NCBI GenBank assembly: GCA_013239625.1
Contig: MU053504.1
Coordinates: 62,001-126,000, forward strand
Origin: Lama guanicoe
Taxonomy: Eukaryota
Length of the DNA: 64,000 nt
Direction of reading: 5' to 3'
The notes beneath the pieces are model-generated. The model worked only from the letters and a program-made list of their open reading frames with translations, was not told the origin of the DNA and did no database searches. The translations under genes were made by a program, and so were the position numbers. Shown piece by piece: positions 49,511 to 63,790 of the stretch (its first letter is position 1; each line of letters starts with the position of its first letter).

Positions 49511-52500
49511 GGGTTCAGGCACATAGGGACACAGGGAAGGGTATGCAAAGAAAAGAGCTCGCCGGCGGCAATCCTTCCGCCTCCAGTCCTCTCCCTATCC
49601 CCCAGTTTTGAAGTGGCCAGTTTGGACACTCAGCTTTAACTAGGGAAAGTCATTCCCCGACCCCAGCTTGGCCTCCCCCTGAAGCCCCCTGTTGGGTTTG
49701 AGGTTCAACTTTCTTCTCCCAGAACTGATGGGGGGAGCCAGTCCCCCATGCCAATGCCCAGCCCCACTCAGCTGGTTCTGTTTCGGTGCCTAGCTCAGGC
49801 GGGCGCTGCAAGAGGAAGTGAAAATCGTCCAGTAATTAATTTCCCTGCTGCCGGGGGGTGGTGGTTTTGACACATCCGAGGCTGTGTCTTTCCCTGAAGC
49901 GGGGAGCAGACAATAGAGACACGTGGACTGGGAAGGGAGAGGGGGGAAGGGAGGGGGAGCGGGGCTCCCGCTGGAACTCTTTGCAGGTCAGCTCCTTTGT
50001 CTCCAGGAGGATCTGAGCGGACCCCCCTCACCATACGGCCAAAACCTAGCGTGCTCCCATATCCTGGCAGGTCCAAAGAGCAGGAGAACTCAACCTCCTG
50101 CCCAGAGGCTGCTTGGCAGAGTGCCCTGGTGGTGGGCCGGTCTCAGCAAGTATGGGATGGCCAAAGCACAAGAGTCCCAGAATCAGACTAGGAATGCCAA
50201 GATCTCATTGGTCAACAGCATGCTGTTTATGGAATGCCAGGCTGATGGAGTGGGGATGTACTTTTGGGATGGGGTCATCCAATACTAGTTGGGAGACAGA
50301 CCCATGGAGACTAAGAGAATGTCCCCCAGTGAGTCAGCAGAAATTTCTAGAGACCACCCCTCCCCCTGGCCTTTGGGCCCTCCGAGTCAAGGGCTCACAG
50401 TCTTTGAGGTGTCACTTAGAAACCTCAGGATTAAGTTTGGGCCCCTGATCTTGCCAAAGCCTTGCATGATATGGGGGGCTCTGCCTATCTTCTTAGCCAT
50501 ATTGCCCCATATTTTGCCCCCTGAGACTTTTTTTTAACTTCAGTCACAGAAGGTTGAGGTGACCACACCCCTTGACTCATGGCACACCAGGTGTTCCTTA
50601 CGCCAGCCACACAAGCCAACTTCTAGTTTTGCAGGCTTACTGCTCTCTCTTGGCCTCCACACAGGTTCCGCTATTCAGATTGTCCGTCCCTCCATTTCAC
50701 CTTAGTATTCCCCTACTTGTCCTCAGGCATAGCTGATGCATCACTTCCTCTTGGAAGGGTCCCTGACTTCCTACCTGGTAGGTTGGGCCAGCTTGCCCGT
50801 TATCCTCTGAGCTTTGTGAGGACAGGAGCTCTGTCCTGTGTTTGGCTCATCATACTCAGTATTCCAGCTCCCCTACTTACTAGCCAGGGGACCTTGGGCA
50901 AGCTATTCAATTGCTCTGTGCCTCAGTTTCCCCATTTATAAACTGGGAATAAAAATTGTTGCTCGTTCAGGGGTTGCTGGGAGCATTACAAGAGCTGCTG
51001 TATATGAAAGGGCTTGGAATGGTGCCTGACATATAGCAGGTGTCCAATCCACGTAGGTTCTATATGTGCAGTTGTGCCTGGAGCACCCAGGATTCATCTA
51101 ACATGTGTTTATTAGCTTCTGTGGAATAGGTGGTGACCTACCTAGATAGTCCTAGTCCCTGCTGTCTTTGGAGGTGGCATTCAAGGGCCATAAAACTGAG
51201 TGAGTGATGGAGAATGATGATACCTAGAAGGGTGGCCAGCAAGGGTCTCCTGGAAGAGATGACATCTAAGCAGAGATTTAAGTGATGGGATGGAGCCAGC
51301 CATGGGAGGAGCCAGGGAAAGAGTGCTCCAGGCAGAGGCTTCACAAGTTCAAAGGCTCTGAGGCAAAAATGTGCTTGGGCTAGTTCAGGAATGACAAGGT
51401 GTGAAAGGAGATGAGGTCAGGAAGTTGGCAGGACCAGAACCCAGAAGGTGTTCAATAAATCATGAATGAGTGACTAAGGGGTGAGATTCAGCCTTAAAAA
51501 GTGGACCTGTTTGTTGGAGAATAACTTTTTGATGCTCACATTGAGGAATTTGTTGATAATTATTCACGGTGTAGTCATATTTTTGAGTTTGTAGTGGGTG
51601 CTAGGATCTCTGTCCCCTAGGGGTGCCAAGTCCAGTGGGCCCACTGGTTCTACCTTTCTCACCTCTTACATAAGAGATGGTAAAACTGAGCCCAGAGAGC
51701 CTCACAGGACACTGAGAGTCCACAGTGACCTAGGGACGAACTGGGGTGTCACTCTTCCTCATCAGGTCTTCTCAGTGGGCAGGGTGGAGAGGCAATCTCC
51801 TCTTGAACTGACAGATGGAAGCTCACAGAGGCAGGATATCCAAGGTCCCATGGCTCACTAGTGTCAGGTTGACGATAAGATCCTAGGTCTCTGACCTCCG
51901 ACTGGAAGGTGGTATGGGCACCTTAGCAGATAAGAAGAAACCTTCAGCCTAGAAGGTGAGGTTCACAAATACCTATGGGGTTGGGTGCCCTTAAGCGTGG
52001 ATGCAATACACAACCATTAGCATGGCTTCATCACTAGGATACCACGGAGGGCCTTCAGTCCCGCAAACCTCCCCCAACACCAGCTTACTGGTTTCAGAAA
52101 GTCGACTGTTAGGAATTCATTTCTCCAGGTCACATCAAATAAGGAAAGACTTTTATTCCCAGGGATGCTTACTGCTGTGTCAGAGTCTGGAATAAAATCC
52201 CCAAGCAGGAGAAAATGGGGAGGGGCTGTGAAGAGGACATCTAGTAGATGGAATATTCTGTAGCCATTAAAAATTATCGTATGGGGGAAAGACCTCACGG
52301 AGTTATGTTAAGTGAAGGATGCAGAATCTCAAAATCTATCAAAGCAACGTCTGCAACTATGAACCAAATAAATAAATAAATAAACATGCACAAGAAAGTG
52401 AAAGAAGGGTGGTAGAACTATAGGTATTTCTCCACCTTCTTCTTGTGTTTTCCAAAAAGGTTATAAAATGTTTCAGTTCAGGAAACATTTATCTTGAGCA

Positions 52501-55500
52501 CTTGCTAACTACTCCCTTACTTCTGAAGAGAAGAAATGATAAAGTGTCGTGAAACATGTCAGGATATTCATTCTTCTGACTATTGGGAAGATAGCATTGC
52601 CGATGGCAAATTTCCCCGACAACAATAATTATTATATCAACAGCGGCATTTCTTAGCAGCTCCACATGCCTGGCCCCGTTCTAGACATTTACCCTCCATA
52701 GAAGCTGGCCTTGCCAGGGTCTTTCTATAAGGAGATTTGCAATCAGTTCAAATCCATGCTCTGCTGTTTCCCAGCTCTGTGATTCTCTGTGCCTCTGTTT
52801 CCTCATCTGTAAAATGAGGATATTAACAGGGACTGTCTCTAGTGTTGCAGTGATGATTAAAGGATACTGTACCTGTAAAGTGCTTAGAGCACACAGTAAC
52901 TTGACTTGAGAATTGTTGACTGTTTTTATTTACATATCGTCATTCATCTAAGCCTCACCATGGCCTCATGGGAGAAGGCTCTGTTATTGGCCGGTTCAAC
53001 AGATGGGGGTGAAAGGACTGGCTTAAGGACATATGGTTACTGTGCGGAGGAGCTGGGGAGGATCCCACATCCACGTGGCCCACTGCCTACCTCCCCAGGA
53101 GTCCCAGGCTGGGCGTAACGGATCTAGCTGGTGGGGGCTGCAGGCTTGGCCCTCCCTGCCCTACTTAGTCAGCTCTGATATCCTTCAGATTTCAAACCTG
53201 CCCTGCCTGTCAGGAAGGAGGGTAGCTACCAGTGTCTCGATGTGACTCTCAGTGCTGTGGAACCCCAGGTGGCCGGCAGAGCCTCTCTGAGGCTCACTCT
53301 GCATATCTGTAAAGAGGGGATGGGCATCACATTTGCAGGCTTCACCCCATGATGTGAGGAAGGAGCACTGCTCTGGGAGCCAGGAGCCTAATTCTAGCCC
53401 CGCCTCTGCTCTCTCTGCTCCCCCTTCTGGGCTCCAGCTTTCTGGTCTGTCAAATGGGCATGGGACAAGACGGTCCCTGAGCTGCCGTCCAGAGCCGATA
53501 ATGGAATTCTGTATGAATTCCAAGGAGGAGAGTGGCCACAAATGCATCCACCTCACACTGATGGGGCTCTTTCTCTGGTAAGCTTCACTTACTCTGCCTG
53601 TTTCGCCAGTGTATTTCTCCAGTCCCTCCTCTTCTGAGCCAAAGGAAAAAGGATAGGAGGAGCCTGAAACTGGACCTCTTCATGGCTCTGTACCTCAAAA
53701 CTAAGAGATGATTTGTCCAAGGCCATGCTGGGCTCCTCCAGAATTTGATAGCTGCTATGTTCTCTCTCTGGTCACTTTGGTCCTCTGGGAAGCAGATTTG
53801 AAAACAGAGGTGGAGGTGCAGGAGATTTCTTGAGAATAACGAACCTGCAAGAAATAGAGGTGTGCCTTCAGTCCAGGGTGCATGTCTGACACCTGTGAAA
53901 GGAGAGGTGGGGGAAAGGGAGACTGGGTTAGAGGAGCCCCAGGCAGTGGTGTGGCTCGAAGGAGGTCTGGCCGACCCCATGGGGAGCTCCAGTTCAGAGA
54001 TTCCAGGGCAGAATGTCCAGGCCCCAGTTCCGCACTGTGCCCAGTCATCAGCGGGGCATCCTGGAAGGGCGTGGCCTCAGCTCAAATGCTGGCAGATAGA
54101 GAGGGCTGCCAATGGAGGCTCTCAGTGACTTCGGTCTGAGTGGCAAGCACCTCCTCACAGCTGCCACGTGATTTTCTTTATTCATTTAATAAACACTTTC
54201 AGCTCTGGGCTGTGTGCCAGGTACACATCTACACACTTTACAAATATCATCTTAGTTAATCCTCACACTTGCCTTCTGAGACAAACAGTATTATGTGTTT
54301 CCTCCCCATTTTCCAGAGAGGAAACTGAGCCCAGAGAGGTTCAGTAACTTGTCCAAGGTTTTACAACCAGTGGGTGGTGAGCCCCGGGTCCAGCCCAGAC
54401 GGTCTGCTCTAGAGGCTGTGCTCTCACTGCTCTGCCATGAGGCCTCCTCTCCAACTGCAGAGGCCCTGGCAACGATTTCTGGGAACCTTTCCATCTTCAT
54501 TCCTCATTGACTGTGGAGCTCAGAGCCTCAGTAGACTCCAGAAAGGGGCCTGACTGGTGCAATTGAGGGGTGTGGCAGGATCCCAGACCCTCCTGGAGAT
54601 TTTGCCTTGTTCCCTCAAAGCCTCTCACCTCAAGGCCTGTGCATATCCTGTTCCTGCTGCCCAGAACAGTCTTCCCTCCCCTCTTTGCCTAGGTAAGCCC
54701 TCCTCCCATTGCTCCCCTGCTTGACCCCAAGATCTAGCTCAGAACCAAGATGGTACGTGGTGGGAAGGAGCATGTTTTAAAGTCCCAGATGACAATAATG
54801 CTCGTTGACATTTACTGAGCACTTACTATGTACCAGGAGACAAATCTGACTCTTTATGTCGATCACCTCATGTAACCATCACAACAACTTTTGAGGTGAG
54901 GCCTGCTGCCACCCCCATTTTATGGATGAGAAAACCAAGGCTCAGAGAGGCAAGGTGATTGCCCAGGGAGACCCAGCTAGGTGTCAGGACTCAAACCCTG
55001 GTTTTAAAAGAATCTCTATCTCTAAGAGGCCCAAAGGGGGTCTTTCTCCTCCTTAAGTTGTGGGTGGGCACCCACATCTGCTCGATTCACTGCCACACTC
55101 TATCACCTACACAGTGCTGGGCAAATATTAGTCCTCAATAAATACATATCTTGAATGAATGAATAAATTAATGAGTGGAAAACCTTCTTGTGACCCCCAC
55201 CCCATTCACCTTGGTCCCCTTTGACCTGAGTTCAGGTTAACTCGTCAACCCTCAAGATTTCCCTCTGCTGTGGGGGATGCCTGAGACCCTATCCTGCCTG
55301 CCACAGACTTTGACCTTTCCCCATGAAAGTGTCTCTCTTTCAAAGTTGGAGACATTCCTGAACATGCTAACTCCTGTCCCTGGAAGGGTCACACCTTAAG
55401 CGGCTCCCTGAAACCTCTAGAAAGGACTGGTTGCAGGAACCTGATCACTGGGCTCCCTGCCCAGTCAGGGGGACCTGGGACAAGCTCCCAGCATGGGTCA

Positions 55501-55642
55501 GGGATGGAGGGGCTAAAAGGCCCCTCACAAGAGCCTCATGTTCAATGAGCAAGTGAGATGGTTCAGAGTTTGGGTCTGGGTCACCTTGAGCCAAGTTTTC
55601 ATCCCAGCTCTGCCTCTTCAATCTGTGTAACTTTAGGCAGGT

Positions 55643-56024
55643 CACTTTACCTCTCTGAGCCTCTGTTGCAAGGCCAATGATAGCACCTACTAAATAGGGC
55701 TCTGTGAGGCCTGGAGCACAGTCAGCCCCTGATAAACAGAAACTTTACTTGAAAAGCCTTCAGGATATCAGCATCATTCCCTCCCGAGCCCCATTTGACC
55801 AGATCAGGGCTGGCTCCCTCACCCCAACACTTTACCTCTCTGAGCCTCTGTTGCACCTGTGTAAACCAAGGCCAATGATAGCACCTACTAAATAGGGCTC
55901 TGTGAGGCCTGGAGCACAGTCAGCCCCTGATAAACAGAAACTTTACTTGAAAAGCCTTCAGGATATCAGCATCATTCCCTCCCGAGCCCCATTTGACCAG
56001 ATCAGGGCTGGCTCCCTCACCCCA
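55643..56024. repeat. Tandem duplication, two copies (184 and 197 bp)
   Basis: 55643-55826 and 55828-56024 are identical by eye except for 13 bp (cctgtgtaaacca) present only in copy 2. Confidence 0.95.
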
Positions 56025-58199
56025 CAGTGGCCTCTGCTGCCTCCCTCTCTTCCCCACCAGCCGAGCTGAGAACCATCACTGGCAGATGCTGAGGTGGATG
56101 TTGAAGCTGCAGAGTTGGCATTTCCGGGCTCCCAGGGCTCCTGGCACAGAGGAATCAACCCCTCTCCGTACCCCCAGCTCTGCCTCCTGATCCCTACCTC
56201 TGCTCATATACCAGCTGGGACCCAGCAGCTTCTGGAAAAAGCCAGGAGGTGGCCCAGGTGGCGTGGAGGCAGGGGGCTGTCAATGTTGACCTGTGCCTGA
56301 CCCCAAACTAGTGGACAGACTCCTAAAAAGTCTGAACGTCCACACGCCCCCAGTGCCCCTTATCTGCCTCCCCTCTGTCTCACCCCAGCTGGTGAGCAGC
56401 AAGGGAGCTGAGGGGTTAAAGGCATGGGATGGCCTGGGTTCAGATCCCTCCTCTGCTACTTACTGACATGTTAGTTTCTCTTTGTACCTCAGTTTCTTCC
56501 GCTGTCAAATGGGGATGTTGATACTAATTGTCCCTACCTCCCAGAGCAGATGGGGATAAGTCAGGTGTTTAGGACGCACACAGTTGGTGCTCAGTGACGT
56601 CAGCTGTTGTAAACCCAGAGTCCACGCTCTTCCAGTTGACTTCTTGGACCTTTCAACCCCAAGGAGCATCTCCTTTCTGACTCCTGTGGCTCCAACAGTC
56701 AAGGCCCTGCAGCAAAATCCCACTGGCCTGGTGCACAGTAGGGACTGCTTGGCCATGATACGTGAACTCATGGAATCTTCATGAGCACTTTTGGAGGTAG
56801 AGAGTATGCTGATACACATTTTATAAAGGACCACATGGCACAGAGAGGTTAAGAAATTGCCTGAGGTCTCACAGCCAGTAAGTCTGCAGATATTTACTGA
56901 ATACCTGCTGTGTGCCAGGCACTGTGCTCAGGGCTGGGAACACAGCAGTGGACAAGACAGAGACCTGCTCTCATGCCCCTCACATCCCACTGTGCCGACA
57001 GGTAATAACAAGTAGATGGCTATGCCAGCTTCCAGTCTACAAAGAGCCAGGAAGACAGGGTGTGGGGCAGATAGAATGGGGCGGGGCTGTTTTAGATGTG
57101 GTGGTTAAGGAAGACCTTTCTGCAGGGATGACTTTTGCCTAGAGTCCAGAATGCAGCAGGTGCTTGGCAGGGACATGGGGAATCTAGCTAGCATTACTGC
57201 GGCAGCTGCAGTCTGGAATCCTTGAGATCCCAGGACTGGTGGCGCCTACAAACCCCTTGCCTGCGTCAGCTTCACAGTAGAAGGTGATTCTCCCTGCCCC
57301 AGCTGGCCCACCTCTGTGAAGCAGTGAAAGGAACAGGGCAAATGACTTAGATTCTCTGGGCCTCACTGTTCTTATCTGTAAAATGGGCATTGATAAACAC
57401 AGCACAGACTTGGGAGAGCAGAGATGATTAACAGAGACAATTCAAGGGAAGTGCTCAGCACAGAGCCAGGCACAGCAGAAGCACCTGATCATTGGTGGCT
57501 GGAGTGGACATGTTTCCTTCCTTTTAATTGCCCAGAACCTTCCAACACCCTGGCCTTCTGAATCCCCTCCTCCCATACTGGCCTCCCCTACTTCCTTTGC
57601 AGCCAGAGGCAGTCACGCAGCCCAGGATAGCCCCATGCCATGCTGGCTGGAGTGTGGCAGCCTCTACACTGAGTGTCCAAAAGCAGCAGGGACAAAGGTC
57701 TGGATGTCATCATCCAGCGTCCGCCTCGGCAGCATGAGCTCTGGCCTTGGGGCCCCGTGCTGTTAGCAGGGACGTTTCCCTCAGGCCAGGCCTTTGACCT
57801 AATTTGTTTTGTTTTGCATATGAAGCCTCCATTCTGGTTGCTGACCCTCTTGGAGATTCTTTAAGCATGTTTGTTGCCGTGGATCCTTGATGATCTGCAG
57901 CCCATGCCATTGGGGTGGAACCTCCAGTAGTATATTTTCTCAGATTGAGTGGAATCCTGCAGATTCCATCCTTCTGGTGCAGGATGGCCCCTCGTGGATA
58001 CGCAAACACCCAGTTCTTTCCGCTGTCCTCACTTCAAGGGCAGGGGCCTGGGGCTGCTCATGTTGGTGTTCCCAACCCCCAGCACCACGTGGCTCAGGGG
58101 GAAGTCTCAATCCATGTTTGTGGTGTGAACACATACGTGGCACAGGCTGTGGTTTACCACACATCTGCCCATCCTGGTTGCTTCCCTGAAACATGCTCC

Positions 58200-58380
58200 A
58201 GTTTTTCGATGTTTTTCTCAAAGTGTAGGGCCCCAAACTGGACACGGAACTCCCAGAAATATATGAGCAGAGCTGAGCAGAAAGGGACTGTCACCTCCCT
58301 CACTCTAGATATTGGACTTCTAATAACTTGACCAGACATTTCATAAGCTTTTTGGTTGACTGTGCTGATGACATACATTA
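58200..58380 (-). mobile_element. L3/CR1 LINE remnant
   Basis: gccccaaactggacacggaactccc...agagctgagcagaaagggactgtcacctccctc resembles the CR1 RT region. Confidence 0.6.
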
Positions 58381-58689
58381 AGCTACGATCAAGTGTTGTG
58401 TTTTATGCCCCCTCCCTGTACTGTTGCTAAACCTCATTTTACTACCCTTTCTCCCTTAATCTCATTCTCACAATGGCATTGCCCTCCTTCCCTTCTCCCC
58501 AGGAATGAGAAATTGATTACAGCTCAAGAACCCCCTTTAATTTGTTGGTAGCCGTTGCCCAGAGCGTGGCATTGAGATAGATTCTGGAACTGAGCTTGGG
58601 CTCAGTGCGAAAGACTGCTGAAATTGATTAATGATGTCTCCCAAGATACGAGAAGGGAAGTGCTAGTTGATTCAGGATGGACTTGTCAT

Positions 58690-59165
58690 TCGCATTATAG
58701 GTGCTCCTAACTTGGGGCCCCTGGAAGGAATTCAGAAGGCCCATCGTTAACTTGGATAGGAAAAAGTGTTGCATCTTTAATTTCACTAGCATCTGTGTGA
58801 AATTTATCATTCCTTCAGTGATGCGTGCAGGCCACAGTCCATGGTGGTATTAGCAGGACCCATAGCTTTGTCACCAATAGAAATCATAGATACCTTCTTA
58901 TCATGTTGCAGATGTTCCAGATATCTTGAAATATCATTTATGCTCATCATGACTTGGGAATTACAACAGTTATTTGCTAAATCTGGTGTTATATAATAAA
59001 GAAGCACATGCATTACTGTAATGCAGATTGGTTTTTAATATTTTGATGTTTCAATATAATTGGTTTCCTTTGTAATACTATATATTTTATTTCATTAATT
59101 TGAAAACATTATTCTGAGAAAGGGACCACAGTTTTCACCAGATATCAACAGGTTCTGTGAACTCT
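58690..59165. mobile_element. Old hAT-type DNA transposon remnant
   Basis: AT-rich body ending aaaacattattctgagaagggacc...ttcaccaga; family not resolved. Confidence 0.45.
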
Positions 59166-61899
59166 GGACTCTCAGGTTTTAGGAGCTCCCTGCCCACCAC
59201 CTTTCTAAGTCTCTCCCTTACCCTGGATCTGGGAGGGAGCAGGAGGATGAGATGAAGTCCTTCACACCGAGAGAAGCCAACCACATAGCCAGCTCCGTGT
59301 CAGCCACCCTGAGGTGCTGTGGGAGGTGATGGACCAGCAGAGGTGGCGGGAGGTGATGCGGGAAGTGGAGGAGAAGAGGTTGTACAGGCGACTACTGGGC
59401 CAAGGCTGGGCTCTCTCATGACAGAGGGGAGAAGTGGTATTTCCTAAGCTGAGGTGAGGGAAGGAGTCTGAACCTGACCTTCTAGAGGTCGGAGGGAAGT
59501 TTTAGCCCCAGAGAGGTCCCAGATCATCCTGCCTTATGCAGGAGCCTACGGCTTGGGAGGGAGGAGGCTCATGCTACAGGGGAAAGAAGGCCCAAACCCC
59601 TCCATCCGGCATAGGCAGCTTACTGATCATCATCACTCATTCCCTTATTCATTCATTCATTCATTCATTCACTCGAGTTTACTTAACACCTAGTCAGTGG
59701 CCTGGTAATGTGCCAGGCACTAGGCAAAGGGACATGTGGGAAACTCATTCCTCCCTTGACAAGACACAAGCAAAGACAAAGACAACATAAAAGCTGGATG
59801 TTTTGATGGGAGAAAGTCCATAAGGTCCCTCACCCAGCCCAGAGGGATCAGGGAAGACTCTCTGGAGAAGGTGACCTCTCACCTGAGCACAAATGAACCA
59901 TGCCTGTGGGTGCTCGGGGAGAGTGTTCAAGAAGTGGGGGCAGCAGCATGTGCAAAGGGCTGGGGAAGAAAGAGGACCCAGGGGACTTGCCAGGCATTCA
60001 GTGTGGGGGATGGTGGTGATGAGAGGTGGCTGAAAGGGTCACACAGGGAGCCTGGAGCCATGCTTGGACAGTTCCCCGGCTGTGGTGAGGAAGGGGCGGG
60101 GGCCCCTGCTGCCCCATCTGTCAGTGGCACTGAGCTGTGACTTCAGTGGTCTGGGGAAGTTCAAGGTCACCGTCTGGGGTAGGGGAGGTAGGGACCATCT
60201 CACCAGCACTGGCCAAGGCCAACTGGGAAGCTGGGGCCGATGCCTGCCCCTCACGGCAGCCACCATGAAGGTCCTTCTGCTCCGAAGGCCTGAGTGGGCC
60301 CTATTCCTTTATTTATGGGCTGTGTGAGCAATTTGCTCCTTGCTGGCCGGCTGGCTGGGTGTGTGATGCGGGGATTACTCACGCCCCAGTTGTGGTCCGG
60401 CCTCTGCAGGCTGCGGGGTAATGAGTGAGGTAATTAAGTGTAAAAGACAGGAGCGGGCAGGGGAGGGCTGAGGGGGGCGAGCAGTCACTGGTTCTTTTCA
60501 GGAGCAGGGGAGTGAGATAATGTAGGATAATAGCTCCGCCAGGCTCTGCCCAGGCAGCCCGGCCTGCGTGAGAGGTGCCCCCCAAATGGCCAAGACAATT
60601 CAGCTTTTTCAGGGAAAGTTTGGAGGGGGGGTACTTGGGCAGGGCCCGGCTCCCGGGGACAGCTGTGTGGAAATGACCTTGGTCCTGTCCTGTGTTGGCT
60701 GAGAATAGGGAGCTGGCACCTTTGGTTGGGGACGAGGAGGCTGAGAAGAAGTGGCTAGGTCCAGGGAAGTAGATGAGGCAAGAGGAAGGGGCAACATGGG
60801 ATTGGAAGCTGGAGCTGTTTGTTGGAAGAGAAGAGGTGGGTTGAGAGCAGTGGGCGAGGTTGCCGGTGGCTCCAGAGTCTGCCTTGCTGGGTGGGAACTG
60901 TGGCTTGGTCATTGGCTAGCTGTGTGACATCAGCCTAGTTAGCTCCCTCTCTGGGCCTCAGGACTCTCATCTGGAAAGTGGGGCTGTCCAACCAGTTCCT
61001 ACCTCACAGTCTGGAGGCTTGGCAAGATGATGCATAGCACCTGGCACACGGTGAGTGCTTCATAGGTGCTTGAGACAGTCAAGTCCACAACCAGATGGCA
61101 TGGGTCATTCATTCATTTATTGAACACATATGTAACGAGTGCTTAACTTAGTCTAATAGGTCCTGGTGCTGGGAAAATAGCAGTGAATAGAACAGAGTTC
61201 CTTTCCTCTTGGAGCCGATGTTCTAAGAGGGGAGCTAGACCATTAATCATTAAACACATAAACATGTAAGGTCACACCAATGATCCCACTTCTCAAAATT
61301 TATTCTAGGGATGTGTTTGGATACATGTGAAATGAATACATTCAGGGTTATTTATTGCAGTCTTGTTTGGCCTAACAAAATCTCAGATGCAGTCTACACA
61401 TCTATTATACATGAACTGATTAAATAAAGTATAGAATAGCCAAAGGAATACTATATGGCCACCAAAAGGGTGGGGTCGCTTTTTATGTACTGATACAGAA
61501 AGCTCTCTAAGATGTATTGATGAATAAAAAAAGGAAGGTGAGAAATACTTTGTGTAAAATAGACAGAAATAAAAAAATACTATGTATAAGCTTATGTATA
61601 TAAGAAACTAATCATACTTGTTACCTGTGGATGGGAGCAGGATTGGAATGAGAGCCAGGGGTGGGAGGGAGATTCTTCACTACATGTTTTCTATAGTTTT
61701 AATTTTTGTACCAAGTGAATGTATTACTAGTTCAAAATTTTAAAACAAATTCAGCTTTTTCTTTCCTCCTTCCCTCTCCCAGTATTTGTTGGAGGTGGCG
61801 GGTAGGGTGTGGGACCAAGCAGAGAAGGCAGCTGAGTCAGGATATGTCAGAGAAGGGAATTACAAATAGGGAAATGGGAAAGGCTAGCATGAGCCATGT

Positions 61900-63790
61900 G
61901 GTGTTGGAATGGAGTTGGAGGGATCAGTGTACACTCATGGCTTTTGACATATATAGATAGATAAGCACTAATACCATGTAGCAGTGAGTACTTCTAGCAC
62001 CAGATCTTGGTTTCTAAATGTAGCATCTTCCACTGAAAGGAACCAGGGGTTCTTTGGAGAATGACTCATTTGAAGGCTGGGACAGAGAAAGTACACAGTG
62101 AGCCTGGAGCCTCTACTTGTGCTATAAAATAAGTAGAAGTGCTCAAGTAATGCTGGGGACATGTCAAAAGAGCCTAGGAGCTGCTGGCCAAATCTGGGAC
62201 AATCTGAGCATCAAAATGAATGATGACAGTAACAGATTACAATGCATTGAATAAAAACAGGACTCCATTAATCTACACTGATATCATTCATACATATATA
62301 TATGTGTGTATATATACATACACATACATACATACATAGCATGTGTGGAGGAAGAGAAAACTCTTTCTTACAGTAAAATGTCCAATAATAAATGTAGAAG
62401 GAAGGATGGAAATATTATGGTAATATCTGATTCTGGCAAGAATCCTTATTGGATGTAAAAAGAAAACCATTGTGTTAAAAGTTGTTGGGGACAGGACATT
62501 TACATAGTCTTAAAGTATCTCCCCCCAAGATAATGTATTAATTACAAGGGGAAGGAGAGTAAATTTATAGTGGAGAAACAAGGCAAATACTCCCTTAATC
62601 AAGTGATCAAACGTAACATTGTTACTGAACTCAGGTTCAGCTGCTTGTGGCTCAAGACTCCAATACTGAGAGAAAAGTGGTGGGTAAAAGGAAAGATATC
62701 TTTTTTGAGGAAGCTGGCAATCCTGGGGGTGAAGGTGGACTCATGTCCCAAAGAACCAACTGCCGGTTGCTGATTGGGGGAAAGAACTTTAAAGAGAAGC
62801 TTCAGGGGTACACAGGCGGTGGTGGTGGGGTTATGTACACAACAGCTCACTCAGCTCTGACAATTATCTTGAAATTTTTCATGCAAGGGTCTGATCAGCA
62901 TCATGCTGATTGTTTTAAGTACAGTGAATCTTCAGCTCCAGAGTCAGTTTGTTCCCATTTCCTTGAGGCCAGTTCTTGGAGTTGTGCAAGACAGAGCAGC
63001 TTATGTCATGGCTATAGTCTGGTCATCATGTAGTTAACTTCTTCCATCTGGTGAGGGCTTCCATATCTGTAAAACAGCTCAAAGAATATGGCTCAGAATA
63101 TTATCTATAGCCCTTGAGGAAGAACTAAAAGTAACTAAAAGTCCTTCACTTTGTTTAATGGCTGAATTATTATTATTTTGTCTTGTTTGACCATTTTCCT
63201 TTGCTTCTTCACTTTCTCATTTCTCTGATTAAATTAATTCTTAGGCTAAAATTTTCCACAGACAAGAGGCAGGCGGAGAAATGGGGCGGGGGTTGCTGTC
63301 TGTTCTGGGAAGGTCCCATAGGGTCCTGCTGCTCCATTACAGCATCATTTGTTATGGGACAAATTGGTAGGATGCACAAAGAGTGCAAAATCACTTCTGG
63401 GATGTTCTTGAGAAAGATGCAAAACCTAAGTCTAATCACAGGGAGCCATCGGATAAACTCCAATTGAGGAACATTCTACAAAATAGGTGGCCCCGTAATC
63501 TTGGTAAATGTCAAGATAATAAGAGGCAAGGAAAAACTGAAGGATTCTTCCAGATGAAAGGACATGAAAGAGATATGACAACAAAATACAATAAGTATTT
63601 CTAGATGGATCTTTTTGTTTTATTGTAACAGATTATTATTGGGACAAAAAAAAAACACTAAAAAAAGCAAGTGTGTTTAACTGCCAACATTTGGAAATTC
63701 TGGGTAAAGTATGTATGGGAATTCTTTGTACAATATTTCCAACTCTTCCCTAAGTTTAAAATTATTTTAAAATAGAACGTTTTTTAAAAA
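61900..63790 (+). mobile_element. Old L1MC/MD 3' region interrupted by an LTR
   Basis: L1M 3'UTR motifs (aaaggaaccagggg, ttaatcaagtgatcaa, caattgaggaacattctacaaaata) continuing on both sides of 62620-63341. Confidence 0.65.
62620..63341. mobile_element. ERV1-class solo LTR, MER41-like (cetartiodactyl)
   Basis: TGTTAC...TTACA termini, 722 bp, 4-bp TSD acat/gcat, body motifs tagcccttgagga...aactaaaagtcc and ttctctgattaaa. Confidence 0.75.

Noticed and set aside
49022..49639. Hydrophobic and charged ORFs of 166-199 aa
   Set aside because: Translations of the GA/TC low-complexity tract
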